Origin: Macrostomum hystrix
Lineage: Eukaryota > Animalia > Platyhelminthes
Direction: 5' to 3'
Length of the DNA: 64,000 bases
Assembly (NCBI GenBank): GCA_950097015.1
Contig: CATNEN010000011.1
Span: forward strand, 1,922,001 to 1,986,000
Part shown: positions 52,150-63,838 of the stretch, piece by piece
How positions within the stretch are numbered: position 1 is the stretch's first letter
How the letters are laid out: each line of letters begins with the position of its first letter
Notes under the pieces: generated by a model
The model's database searches: none
Seen by the model: the letters and a program-made list of their open reading frames with translations, nothing else
What the model was told of the DNA's origin: nothing
Program-made: the position numbers and the translations under genes

Positions 52150-55100
52150 ACTCAACTGTAGATGTAGGAATTCAACTGTTGATGTAGGAATTCAACTGTA
52201 GATGTAGGAATTCAACTGTAGATGTAGGAATTCAACTGTAGATGTAGGAATTCAACTGTAGATGTAGGAATTCAACTGTAGATGTAGGAATTCAACTGTA
52301 GATGTAGGAATTCAACTGTAGATGTAGGAATTCAACTGTAGATGTAGGAATTCAACTGTAGATGTAGGAATTCAACTGTAGATCTGGGAACTCAACTGTA
52401 GATGTAGGAATTCAACTGTAGATGTAGGAATTCAACTGTAGATCTGGGAATTCAACTGTAGATGTAGGAATTCAACTGTAGATCTGGGAATTCAACTGTA
52501 GATCTGGGAATTCAACTGTAGATCTGGGAATTCAACTGTAGATGTAGGAATTCAACTGTAGATCTGGGAACTCAACTGTAGATGTAGGAATTCAACTGTA
52601 GATGTAGGAATTCAACTGTAGATCTGGGAATTCAACTGTAGATGTAGGAATTCAACTGTTGATGTAGGAACTCAACTGTAGATGTAGGAATTCAACTGTA
52701 GATGTAGGAATTCAACTGTAGATGTAGGAATTCAACTGTAGATCTGGGAACTCAACTGTAGATGTAGGAATTCAACTGTAGATGTAGGAATTCAACTGTT
52801 GATGTAGGAACTCAACTGTAGATGTAGGAATTCAACTGTAGATGTAGGAATTCAACTGTAGATGTAGGAACTCAACTGTAGATGTAGGAACTCAACTGTA
52901 GATGTAGGAATTCAACTGTAGATGTAGGAACTCAACTGTAGATGTAGGAATTCAACTGTAGATGTAGGAATTCAACTGTTGATGTAGGAATTCAACTGTT
53001 GATGTAGGAACTCAACTGTTGATGTAGGAATTTAACTGTTGATGTAGGAATTCAACTGTAGATGTAGGAGTTCAACTGTAGATGTAGGAATTCAACTGTA
53101 GATGTAGGAATTCAACTGTTGATGTAGGAATTCAACTGTAGATGTAGGAATTCAACTGTAGATGTAGGAATTCAACTGTTGATGTAGGAATTCAACTGTA
53201 GATGTAGGAATTCAACTGTAGATGTAGGAATTCAACTGCAGATCTGGGAATTCAACTGTAGATGTAGGAATTCAACTGCAGATCTGGGAACTCAACTGTA
53301 GATGTAGGAATTCAACTGTAGATGTAGGAATTCAACTGTTGATGTAGGAACTCAACTGTAGATGTAGGAATTCAACTGTAGATGTAGGAATTCAACTGTA
53401 GATGTAGGAACTCAACTGTAGATGTAGGAATTCAACTGTTTATGTAGGAATTCAACTGTAGATGTAGGAATTCAACTGTAGATGTAGGAATTCAACTGTA
53501 GATGTAGGAATTCAACTGTAGATGTAGGAACTCAACTGTAGATGTAGGAATTCAACTGTAGATGTAGGAATTCAACTGTAGATGTAGGAATTCAACTGTA
53601 GATGTAGGAATTCAACTGTAGATGTAGGAATTCAACTGTAGATGTAGGAACTCAACTGTAGATGTAGGAATTCAACTGTTTATGTAGGAATTCAACTGTA
53701 GATGTAGGAATTCAACTGTAGATGTAGGAATTCAACTGTTGATGTAGGAATTCAACTGTAGATGTAGGAATTCAACTGTAGATGTAGGAATTCAACTGTA
53801 GATGTAGGAATTCAACTGTAGATGTAGGAACTCAACTGTAGATGTAGGAACTCAACTGTAGATGTAGGAATTCAACTGTAGATGTAGGAACTCAACTGTA
53901 GATGTAGGAATTCAACTGTAGATGTAGGAATTCAACTGTTGATGTAGGAATTCAACTGTTGATGTAGGAACTCAACTGTAGATGTAGAAACTCAACTGTT
54001 GATGTAGGAACTCAACTGTTGATGTAGGAATTTAACTGTTGATGTAGGAATTCAACTGTAGATGTAGGAGTTCAACTGTAGATGTAGGAATTCAACTGTA
54101 GATGTAGGAATTCAACTGTTGATGTAGGAATTCAACTGTAGATGTAGGAATTCAACTGTAGATGTAGGAATTCAACTGTTGATGTAGGAATTCAACTGTA
54201 GATGTAGGAATTCAACTGTAGATGTAGGAATTCAACTGCAGATCTGGGAACTCAACTGTAGATGTAGGAATTCAACTGTAGATGTAGGAATTCAACTGTT
54301 GATGTAGGAATTCAACTGTAGATGTAGGAATTCAACTGTAGATGTAGGAATTCAACTGTTGATGTAGGAATTCAACTGTAGATGTAGGAATTCAACTGTA
54401 GATGTAGGAACTCAACTGTAGATGTAGAAACTCAACTGTTGATGTAGGAACTCAACTGTTAATGTAGGAATTTAACTGTTGATGTAGGAATTCAACTGTA
54501 GATGTAGGAATTCAACTGTAGATGTAGGAATTCAACTGTTGATGTAGGAACTCAACTGTAGATGTAGAAACTCAACTGTTGATGTAGGAACTCAACTGTT
54601 AATGTAGGAATTTAACTGTTGATGTAGGAATTCAACTGTTAATGTAGGAATTTAACTGTTGATGTAGGAATTCAACTGTAGATGTAGGAATTCAACTGTT
54701 GATGTAGGAATTTAACTGTTGATGTAGGAATTCAACTGTAGATGTAGGAACTCAACTGTAGATGTAGAAACTCAACTGTAGATGTAGGAATTCAACTGTT
54801 AATGTAGGAATTTAACTGTTGATGTAGGAATTCAACTGTAGATGTAGGAATTCAACTGTTGATGTAGGAATTCAACTGTAGATGTAGGAATTCAACTGTT
54901 GATGTAGGAATTCAACTGTTGATGTAGGAACTCAACTGTAGATGTAGAAACTCAACTGTTGATGTAGGAACTCAACTGTTAATGTAGGAATTTAACTGTT
55001 GATGTAGGAATTCAACTGTAGATGTAGGAGTTCAACTGTAGATCTGGGAACTCAACTGTAGATGTAGGAACTCAACTGTAGATGTAGGAATTCAACTGTA

Positions 55101-57536
55101 GATGTAGGAATTCAACTGTAGATGTAGGAATTCAACTGTAGATGTAGGAATTCAACTGTAGATGTAGGAATTCAACTGTAGATGTAGGAATTCAACTGTA
55201 GATGTAGGAATTCAACTGTAGATGTAGGAATTCAACTGTAGATGTAGGAACTCAACTGTAGATGTAGGAACTCAACTGTAGATGTAGGAATTCAACTGTT
55301 TATGTAGGAATTCAACTGTAGATGTAGGAATTCAACTGTAGATGTAGGAATTCAACTGTTGATGTAGGAACTCAACTGTAGATGTAGAAACTCAACTGTT
55401 GATGTAGGAACTCAACTGTTAATGTAGGAATTTAACTGTTGATGTAGGAATTCAACTGTAGATGTAGGAATTCAACTGTAGATGTAGGAATTCAACTGTT
55501 GATGTAGGAATTCAACTGTTGATGTAGGAATTCAACTGTTGGTGTAGGAATTCAACTGTTGATGTAGGAATTCAACTGTTGGTGTAGGAATTCAACTGTT
55601 GATGTAGGAATTCAACTGTTGATGTAGGAATTCAACTGTTGGTGTAGGAATTCAACTGTTGGTGTAGGAATTCAACTGTTGATGTAGGAATTCAACTGTA
55701 GATGTAGGAATTCAACTGTAGATGTAGGAACTCAACTGTAGATGTAGGAATTCAACTGTTTATGTAGGAATTCAACTGTAGATGTAGGAATTCAACTGTA
55801 GATGTAGGAATTCAACTGTAGATGTAGGAATTCAACTGTAGATGTAGGAACTCAACTGTAGATGTAGGAACTCAACTGTAGATGTAGGAACTCAACTGTA
55901 GATGTAGGAATTCAACTGTTTATGTAGGAATTCAACTGTTGATGTAGGAATTCAACTGTAGATGTAGGAATTCAACTGTAGATGTAGGAATTCAACTGTA
56001 GATGTAGGAATTCAACTGTTGATGTAGGAACTCAACTGTAGATGTAGAAACTCAACTGTTGATGTAGGAACTCAACTGTTGATGTAGGAATTTAACTGTT
56101 GATGTAGGAATTCAACTGTAGATGTAGGAGTTCAACTGTAGATGTAGGAATTCAACTGTAGATGTAGGAATTCAACTGTTGATGTAGGAATTCAACTGTA
56201 GATGTAGGAATTCAACTGTAGATGTAGGAATTCAACTGTTGATGTAGGAATTCAACTGTAGATGTAGGAATTCAACTGTAGATGTAGGAATTCAACTGCA
56301 GATCTGGGAACTCAACTGTAGATGTAGGAATTCAACTGTAGATGTAGGAATTCAACTGTTGATGTAGGAACTCAACTGTAGATGTAGGAATTCAACTGTA
56401 GATGTAGGAATTCAACTGTAGATGTAGGAACTCAACTGTAGATGTAGGAATTCAACTGTTTATGTAGGAATTCAACTGTAGATGTAGGAATTCAACTGTA
56501 GATGTAGGAATTCAACTGTAGATGTAGGAATTCAACTGTAGATGTAGGAACTCAACTGTAGATGTAGGAATTCAACTGTAGATGTAGGAATTCAACTGTA
56601 GATGTAGGAATTCAACTGTAGATGTAGGAATTCAACTGTAGATGTAGGAATTCAACTGTAGATGTAGGAACTCAACTGTAGATGTAGGAATTCAACTGTT
56701 TATGTAGGAATTCAACTGTAGATGTAGGAATTCAACTGTAGATGTAGGAATTCAACTGTTGATGTAGGAATTCAACTGTAGATGTAGGAATTCAACTGTA
56801 GATGTAGGAATTCAACTGTAGATGTAGGAATTCAACTGTAGATGTAGGAACTCAACTGTAGATGTAGGAACTCAACTGTAGATGTAGGAATTCAACTGTA
56901 GATGTAGGAACTCAACTGTAGATGTAGGAATTCAACTGTAGATGTAGGAATTCAACTGTTGATGTAGGAATTCAACTGTTGATGTAGGAACTCAACTGTA
57001 GATGTAGAAACTCAACTGTTGATGTAGGAACTCAACTGTTGATGTAGGAATTTAACTGTTGATGTAGGAATTCAACTGTAGATGTAGGAGTTCAACTGTA
57101 GATGTAGGAATTCAACTGTAGATGTAGGAATTCAACTGTTGATGTAGGAATTCAACTGTAGATGTAGGAATTCAACTGTAGATGTAGGAATTCAACTGTT
57201 GATGTAGGAATTCAACTGTAGATGTAGGAATTCAACTGTAGATGTAGGAATTCAACTGCAGATCTGGGAACTCAACTGTAGATGTAGGAATTCAACTGTA
57301 GATGTAGGAATTCAACTGTTGATGTAGGAATTCAACTGTAGATGTAGGAATTCAACTGTAGATGTAGGAATTCAACTGTTGATGTAGGAATTCAACTGTA
57401 GATGTAGGAATTCAACTGTAGATGTAGGAACTCAACTGTAGATGTAGAAACTCAACTGTTGATGTAGGAACTCAACTGTTAATGTAGGAATTTAACTGTT
57501 GATGTAGGAATTCAACTGTAGATGTAGGAATTCAAC
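52150..57536. repeat. 20-bp satellite (GATGTAGGAATTCAACTGTA), about 5.4 kb, with ~1-kb higher-order structure
   Basis: About 270 monomers with no indels (phase constant throughout); rare variants recur at about 1 kb. Confidence 0.98.
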
Positions 57537-57916
57537 TGCGACTTTTGGTTACGCGACTTGTTTGTACTTGCTCTGATTGTGTCTCTCTTTTCTTTATCGC
57601 TGCACCCCCCTCCTTCCCCCTGCCCCTGCTACTCTCCACGATTGTACCCCAACCCCCCTTTCGTCGCTTTCCTTTGTCTGCCTATGTACATCTGAGGCGG
57701 GGTTTAACCCTATCCTTACTATCGATCGCTTCTCTCTAGCCGCTAGTGTTAAGTTCAAATATAATGTCTGGCCCTCTGGGCCTTTGTGAGTCATCCCCCA
57801 TTGCGCTCTCTGTCTCGTTTGAGGTTTGGCCGTATGAACGGGCTCTTGCTGCGAAGATTCAATTAATTGCATGACTTCAACTCGCTTCGCTTCTTAATTC
57901 ACTCGAAGTAAAGACA
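57537..57916 (+). mobile_element. Putative 5' LTR of the BEL/Pao element (start inferred)
   Basis: TG at the satellite junction, CA at 57915-57916 immediately before the PBS, TATA-like AATATAAT at 57758; the 3' LTR is not in the window, so the start is unconfirmed. Confidence 0.65.
57829..57873 (+). other. Flatworm spliced-leader-like 45-mer embedded in the LTR
   Basis: GCCGTATGAACGGGCTCTTGCTGCGAAGATTCAATTAATTGCATG aligns without gaps, 38/45, to the M. lignano SL as recalled from memory (GCCGTAAAGACGGTCTCTTACTGCGAAGACTCAATTTATTGCATG); ends in the flatworm-typical ATG. Confidence 0.8.
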
Positions 57917-57928
57917 TGGCGCCCGAAC
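57917..57928 (+). promoter_or_regulatory. Primer-binding site, tRNA-Lys type
   Basis: TGGCGCCCGAAC directly after the LTR-terminal CA; same first 12 nt as the known tRNA-Lys PBS TGGCGCCCGAACAGGGAC. Confidence 0.8.
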
Positions 57929-58504
57929 GAAAATAAGCCCTCTAGAAAAGTAAGTCGTCAGTCGTATTCTCATCGATTCGGTCGAAGTTGCCGGCGGTCT
58001 CGCTCACCTCTTTGTATGCTGCCGGTCTCGCTCGCCTCTTCGTCTGCTGCCGGCCTCGCTCGCTTCTTCACCTGCCTGCCGGCTTCGTTCGCTCTCCCGT
58101 CTACTGGCTCACGCCTGCCGGCCTCGCTCGCTCCCTCGCATACCGGCTGGTGTCTGTCTCCCTATTTCGTGACTGTCTCATCAATTAACTGAACTGTCGA
58201 GATAAGTAATAATAGATTTTACTGATCGCAATCCCATATTTATCATCTGTACTCGCTGGCGTTATTTTTTACGCGGTTTCTCGTTATCTTGTAACTCAAA
58301 CGTGTGTTTTTGCTCTTATTGTTATTTTGTTCTTCACGCATCTCAAAGCTAAAATTCTTCTGTTGCTTTCTCTGTCCTTTGAGTCTTTCTCTGCCTTTTT
58401 TTCTTCACCACTTCAAGGTCCTGCTGTATCCGCTTGCGGCATCCGTTGCGCTCTTCTCCTTGGGGTTCCGATCTTAGCCAGACGCACTTTCGCCAAGGTG
58501 GTCA

Positions 58505-61500
58505 ATGGATGAAGCCATCAGAAAGAGAGCGGCCATTCGGTCCGTTGTGACAAAGACCATAAATCGAGCAGAGAAGTGGCTGTCAGCTGGAAGTGGACGT
58601 GATGACAAAATAAACGCTGAAGCTGAAGCATGCATTGATACTCTGAAGCAGAAACTGGGATTGATGGAGGAATTGGACCTGGACATTCAGAGTCAGATGG
58701 AAGAGGAAAAGCTGAGTCGTGAACAAGAAGAAGCTGATGAGTATGCATTCAGGTGTCGGAAGTACGTCAGATTGTTAGAGAAATCATTATCAAATGCGAC
58801 TAAGTCTGTAACATCTGGACCTCAGGTCAAACTGCCGAAACGTCATATCCCTACATTTGACGGCACGGTGACGTCATGGCAAACGTATTGGGATCAGTTC
58901 TCCTCGTCAATCGATTCGAATAATCAGCTATCGGACATCGACAAGTTTAATTACCTCTTGGATTCGCTCTCTGAATCAGCCAAGTCCTGCATTCGTGGAC
59001 TGAGTGTTACTTCAGCTAATTACAAGGTAGCTATCGATCTTCTACATCAACGCTTTGGTAAATCAGATCTGGTAATTCGAAGTCTAATGAACCAACTGTC
59101 AGATATTCACCTATCAGAGGTGTCATTAGCAGGCTTACGTTCGTTTCACGATGACATAGCTGCTGCCGTTCGAAGCTTGGAAGTTCAGGGAGTAATGTCG
59201 TCGGCTTATGAGGCATTGCTGTTGCCTAATCTGCTTCGTAAGTGTCCAAATGAATTTCGTCTCGACCTAATGAAGTGCGCGAGCCTGTCGAAGAAAGAAA
59301 TCAACAACATGGCTGTTCTGCTGGAGTTTCTACAGACAGAAATTCAAGTTCGAGAGAACGCAGCAGTGGGCGGTAAGAAATCGAGCAACTCAGAAGCCAG
59401 TCGACATTGCCTTCAACCTAAGTCTTCGCTTGCAACGTTAACCGTGCAGTCACGAAATGATCGACAAGCTGTCATGAAGATCTTTTGTACGTACTGTGGC
59501 TCGGACCATACATCTGAGAAGTGTTCGAAGTTGGTCTCGGTGGATGCTCGAATCGAATTTCTGAAGAAGGAGCAGCGTTGCTTTCGGTGCCTCAGGTCAG
59601 GTCATTCATCAAGGACGTGTCATGATTCCCGGCGATGCAGAAACTGTTCAGGCGCTCACCATGTCAGCATCTGCAATTGTGGCCTGTCAGATGGACAGGG
59701 GTCGGGCTTCAAAATGAAAGCAAAGAGTATCGATTCGACAGTCAAGAGTGGCGCGGTCCAGAACAAGACCTTTGCCAATGCGAAGAAGGACGTCATTCGG
59801 CAGGTGCAGACTGGGAGTACGAACGCGGCACAGAGTGAACCTGAATCTGTGGTTTCAACGGAAGGAAACTTTGCTCTCTCCATGTTCATCAATCGTAACC
59901 CCGCTGTCGCTCTTCCAGTTGCAAAGGCAATTCTGATTGCTCCTGACGGACGTCGAGAACTGCTGGTGAGGGTTCTACTGGATACCGCAAGCAATCGGTC
60001 GTATATTCGAGAAGACGTATGCGACTTGCTCCAGTTTGAACGGTTTGCTGAGGAAAGTTTGAAAGTCTCTGCCTTTTCTGGAATCGCTACGACGGTGAAC
60101 TCTTCAAGAGTGAAATTCCACATTCGCAAGGTTGACTCCATGGAGATCATCAGACTGGAAGCTAATGTCGTAAAGCAGATCTGTCAGCCTCAGACTTCAG
60201 TTATCGTCAATTCGTTTCAACACCTTCGTGATGTAGACCTAGCGGATCCATATGACCCACGTGACATCAGTACTCCAATCTCGATCCTCGTAGGCTCAGA
60301 TCAATACTTCCAAATTGTAGGCGACAACGTGATTCGTGGCACCTCAGGACCAGTCGCCATTTCCTCTAAGCTAGGATTCCTTCTCTGTGGTCCTCTAGCG
60401 ATCGATGGGTCAGCCAAGGATGAGCCTATCGTTTCCGAAGATTCAGCTGATTGTAGTACGGCTCAGACCTTGTGCTGCGCTACTCCTGATGATGCCTTTG
60501 TCACAACTGACTCGTCGAAGTGTAACCTCTCTTCATTCTGGCGACTTGAAGCACTAGGGATCAGTGAGCAAAAGGATGATTCCACGGAGGGTTCGTTTAT
60601 CTGTAATCCAAGGCTCGAGAACGGTCGGTACAGCGTCAGTCTACCATGGAAATACCCGGAAGGCTCAGTGCCGTTGGATGATCACTTCGACATGGCGTAC
60701 AGTAGACTGTCGTCCACAACTCGTGCTCTGAGGAAGGATCCAGAGACTCTGACAAAGTATAGCGGAATCATTTCGGAACAGGAAGCTTCGGGCATAATCG
60801 AGAAGGTGCCCGAGAAAGATCTTGGCAAGAACACTTGTCATTATATGCCTCATCACCACGTCATAAAGTCAGACAGTGAGCACACAAAGATACGTATTGT
60901 GTTTGATGGATCTGCCAGACTTCGAACAGGCGACTTCTCAATCAATGATCTTCTTCAAGCTGGTCCGACTGATGTACCTCTGATCCCAGAAATTCTGATG
61001 AGATTTCGCAAACATCCGATCGCCATCATAGGAGACATAGAAAAAGCCTTCTTGCAGATTGCCATCGATAGTGAGGACAGAGACTATCTGAGATTTCTGT
61101 GGACTAACCCGAGTGAGTCGGACAAGGTTTTTCACTATCGCTTCTGTAGATTGCCGTTCGGTCTTACGTGCTCTCCTGGTGTATTGAGAGCTACGGTCCT
61201 TCAACACATTGATAGCCAGAAGAATAATTTTCCACTCGCCGCTGAGATTATTCGCAAAGACTTGTACGTCGACAATTTAGTGACAAGCTGTAAATCTCTA
61301 AGTGACGCATTCAATCTCTACAAAGATGCAAAAAATATCTTCAACCTGGCTGGCATGAATATGCGACAGTGGAAATCCAACTCAGATTCGTTCAACAGCT
61401 CGCTACCCGATCAGGATGTTGGTCATACAAAAAAAGTGCTTGGACTCCACTGGGACTCGGTCAGGGACACATTCGTCATGCAGTTTTCTGAACTAGTTAC

Positions 61501-63838
61501 CCACGTCAACGGATCCTCTTCAACCAAGAGGTCGATGCTAGGAGTACTTGCGTCTGTGTACGATCCGTTAGGAATCTTGTCACCCTCTTTGACTGTTGTC
61601 AAGGTGATGCTACAGAAACTGTGTGTTCGCAAGTCGGGTTGGGACGACGAACTTCCGCCAGATATCGCCGAGAGTTGGAACCGTTGGTTACAGTCGTTGT
61701 CGAGCTCACGCTTCGAAGTTCCTCGCTACCTTTTCGCCGATCTCGATTCGGAGCCAGTTCGAATGGAATTACATGGATTCTGTGATGCAAGTGAATCTGC
61801 TTACGCTGCCTGTGTCTACATTCAGGCCCGGTCGGAAACAAACAACGTTTCAACGCATTTAATTCAGGCCAAAACGCGCGTGGCACCGCTATCAAATCTT
61901 AGCATCGCTAGACTAGAACTGCTGGGAGCCCTAATCTTAGCTCGTCTAATACGCACGGTGTCTTTGCAATTTCCCAGCATGACGCGTTATCTCTGGACAG
62001 ACAGCAAGACAACTCTGCAGTGGATCACCAACACCGACAAGCTTCGCCAAGTTTTCGTTCAAAACCGCGTTAAGGAGATCCGGACTCTCACGTCAACGTC
62101 CGAGTGGCGACATGTTCCCGGGGAACTGAACCCCGCCGACCTGCCATCTCGAGGCTGTCTTCCAGGGCAGCTACAGAAAAACAAGGTGTGGTTTAGTGGT
62201 CCCGAATTTCTTCGATCAGGCATCTACCCAGCTTCGTCTGAAGATAAGCATTCGAGCGCAGTCGCGGAAGATCATAACTCTGCAGAAGCACTATCAACAG
62301 TCGCTGAACAGCCCATGGAATCTAAGAACGTCGATCGTATCTCTTTAATCATTGACATCGGCAAGTTTTCGAACTATTCGAGAGAGTTACGCGTCCTAGC
62401 ATGGGTACAAAGATTTGTCCGCAACCTACGGAGTGCTCGAGCTCAATCGTTGGTCAATAAATCAAGGACGGTGACCGCCGAAGAGTTGACTGATGCAGAA
62501 GTCCTATTGGTAAGGTCAATTCAAAGGGAATCGTTTTCAAAGGAAATCGATCACATTCGGCGTAGCTCTGCTGCAACACATCTGAACAGGAACTTGAATC
62601 TGTGGTTAGATGATAAGGGACTTTTGCGTTCACAAGGTCGTATCTCCGCACTGTCCTTCGAAGTTAATAATCCTATCTTAGTACCTCGCCACAGTCACTT
62701 GGAGCAGCTCATTATTCGACAAGCTCATCAGTCCGTTGCTCACGGGGGAGTTGCCTCAACGCTTAGTAAAGTTCGTGAAAAATATTGGATTCTGAAGGGA
62801 CGTCAACGAACTAAGCAAGAACTATCGAAGTGTGTGGTGTGTAGGAAGGTACAAGGACGCTCATACGTTGTACCTCAGATCTCTCAGCTACCTGAGTTTC
62901 GCCTTTCCGACATCCGACCCTTTCAATCAGTCGGCGTGGACTACTGTGGTCCGATATTCTATCGGACGGGGGAGGATGGTTGTGACTCTCGGAAGGCGTA
63001 CATTCTACTTCTCACATGCTCATCGACTCGCGCAGTGCATCTGGAACTGCTTCCTGACATGACCGCATCGCAGTTCTTGAATGGATTACGTCGTTTTGTC
63101 AGTCGTCGCGGAATACCTTCCATCATCAGTGACAATGCCAAGACGTTCAAGGCTGCCGCGAATATTCTTGGAGCTAGCACCAGCTATAAAGTTCAATCAT
63201 TCTGTGCCAACAAGAAAATCTCTTGGGAGTTCATTCCGGAGAAGGCCCCGTGGTGGGGCGGATTTTGGGAAAGACTCGTTGGAATCGTTAAGGATGGATT
63301 GAAAAAGAGCATTGGCAAAGCTCTGCTAACATTCGATGAGCTATCAACTTCGGTTATCGAAATGGAATCTGTGGTGAACAGTCGACCACTTATGTATGTG
63401 TCGGCGGATGAGATCAACGACGTATTGACGCCTGCGCACTTTCTCTTCGGAACTCGGTTGACTCAGGAGCCAACTCTCTCGTCGAACCGTATCGCCAACG
63501 TCCTGCCATTGCCAGCTCGACTCAAACATCTCAGAAGAGCGTTGAATATTTTTTGGGATGTATGGAAAACGTCATATGTCACCGCCCTGCGTGAGAAAGC
63601 GCTCAAGTCGCATGGAGGAGGACCAGTTGCAAAACCCGGAGACGTCGTTTTGGTTCAGGGAGAACCGCATCAGCCAAGACTGCAATGGAAGATGGGTGTG
63701 GTAGAGTCTGTCCGTGAGGGTCGAGATGGTGCCGTTCGTTCCGCAGTTGTACGTCTGGCGAAGGAAAGGGGCTCTCGGGGGGCTGAGCGCATCAGACGGC
63801 CTGTCCAAGCTCTCATTCCTCTTGAATTGTGCATCTAA
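58505..63838 (+). CDS. BEL/Pao Gag-Pol polyprotein, intact (1777 aa)
   Basis: Gag PTFDG..W..YWDQF, three Cys/His knuckles (CTYCGSDH, CFRCLRSGH, CRNCSGAHHVSIC), protease LLDTAS, RT DIEKAFLQI..LPFGL..YVDN, RNase H LHGFCDAS/WTDS, integrase H..HGG/CVVC, VDYCGP, SDNA, WERLV; order PR-RT-RH-IN. Confidence 0.97.
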   Translation: MDEAIRKRAAIRSVVTKTINRAEKWLSAGSGRDDKINAEAEACIDTLKQKLGLMEELDLDIQSQMEEEKLSREQEEADEYAFRCRKYVRLLEKSLSNATKSVTSGPQVKLPKRHIPTFDGTVTSWQTYWDQFSSSIDSNNQLSDIDKFNYLLDSLSESAKSCIRGLSVTSANYKVAIDLLHQRFGKSDLVIRSLMNQLSDIHLSEVSLAGLRSFHDDIAAAVRSLEVQGVMSSAYEALLLPNLLRKCPNEFRLDLMKCASLSKKEINNMAVLLEFLQTEIQVRENAAVGGKKSSNSEASRHCLQPKSSLATLTVQSRNDRQAVMKIFCTYCGSDHTSEKCSKLVSVDARIEFLKKEQRCFRCLRSGHSSRTCHDSRRCRNCSGAHHVSICNCGLSDGQGSGFKMKAKSIDSTVKSGAVQNKTFANAKKDVIRQVQTGSTNAAQSEPESVVSTEGNFALSMFINRNPAVALPVAKAILIAPDGRRELLVRVLLDTASNRSYIREDVCDLLQFERFAEESLKVSAFSGIATTVNSSRVKFHIRKVDSMEIIRLEANVVKQICQPQTSVIVNSFQHLRDVDLADPYDPRDISTPISILVGSDQYFQIVGDNVIRGTSGPVAISSKLGFLLCGPLAIDGSAKDEPIVSEDSADCSTAQTLCCATPDDAFVTTDSSKCNLSSFWRLEALGISEQKDDSTEGSFICNPRLENGRYSVSLPWKYPEGSVPLDDHFDMAYSRLSSTTRALRKDPETLTKYSGIISEQEASGIIEKVPEKDLGKNTCHYMPHHHVIKSDSEHTKIRIVFDGSARLRTGDFSINDLLQAGPTDVPLIPEILMRFRKHPIAIIGDIEKAFLQIAIDSEDRDYLRFLWTNPSESDKVFHYRFCRLPFGLTCSPGVLRATVLQHIDSQKNNFPLAAEIIRKDLYVDNLVTSCKSLSDAFNLYKDAKNIFNLAGMNMRQWKSNSDSFNSSLPDQDVGHTKKVLGLHWDSVRDTFVMQFSELVTHVNGSSSTKRSMLGVLASVYDPLGILSPSLTVVKVMLQKLCVRKSGWDDELPPDIAESWNRWLQSLSSSRFEVPRYLFADLDSEPVRMELHGFCDASESAYAACVYIQARSETNNVSTHLIQAKTRVAPLSNLSIARLELLGALILARLIRTVSLQFPSMTRYLWTDSKTTLQWITNTDKLRQVFVQNRVKEIRTLTSTSEWRHVPGELNPADLPSRGCLPGQLQKNKVWFSGPEFLRSGIYPASSEDKHSSAVAEDHNSAEALSTVAEQPMESKNVDRISLIIDIGKFSNYSRELRVLAWVQRFVRNLRSARAQSLVNKSRTVTAEELTDAEVLLVRSIQRESFSKEIDHIRRSSAATHLNRNLNLWLDDKGLLRSQGRISALSFEVNNPILVPRHSHLEQLIIRQAHQSVAHGGVASTLSKVREKYWILKGRQRTKQELSKCVVCRKVQGRSYVVPQISQLPEFRLSDIRPFQSVGVDYCGPIFYRTGEDGCDSRKAYILLLTCSSTRAVHLELLPDMTASQFLNGLRRFVSRRGIPSIISDNAKTFKAAANILGASTSYKVQSFCANKKISWEFIPEKAPWWGGFWERLVGIVKDGLKKSIGKALLTFDELSTSVIEMESVVNSRPLMYVSADEINDVLTPAHFLFGTRLTQEPTLSSNRIANVLPLPARLKHLRRALNIFWDVWKTSYVTALREKALKSHGGGPVAKPGDVVLVQGEPHQPRLQWKMGVVESVREGRDGAVRSAVVRLAKERGSRGAERIRRPVQALIPLELCI

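Noticed and set aside
57829-57900. Functional SL RNA gene
   Set aside because: No GT donor after the terminal ATG and no recognisable Sm site or intron part; it sits inside an LTR.
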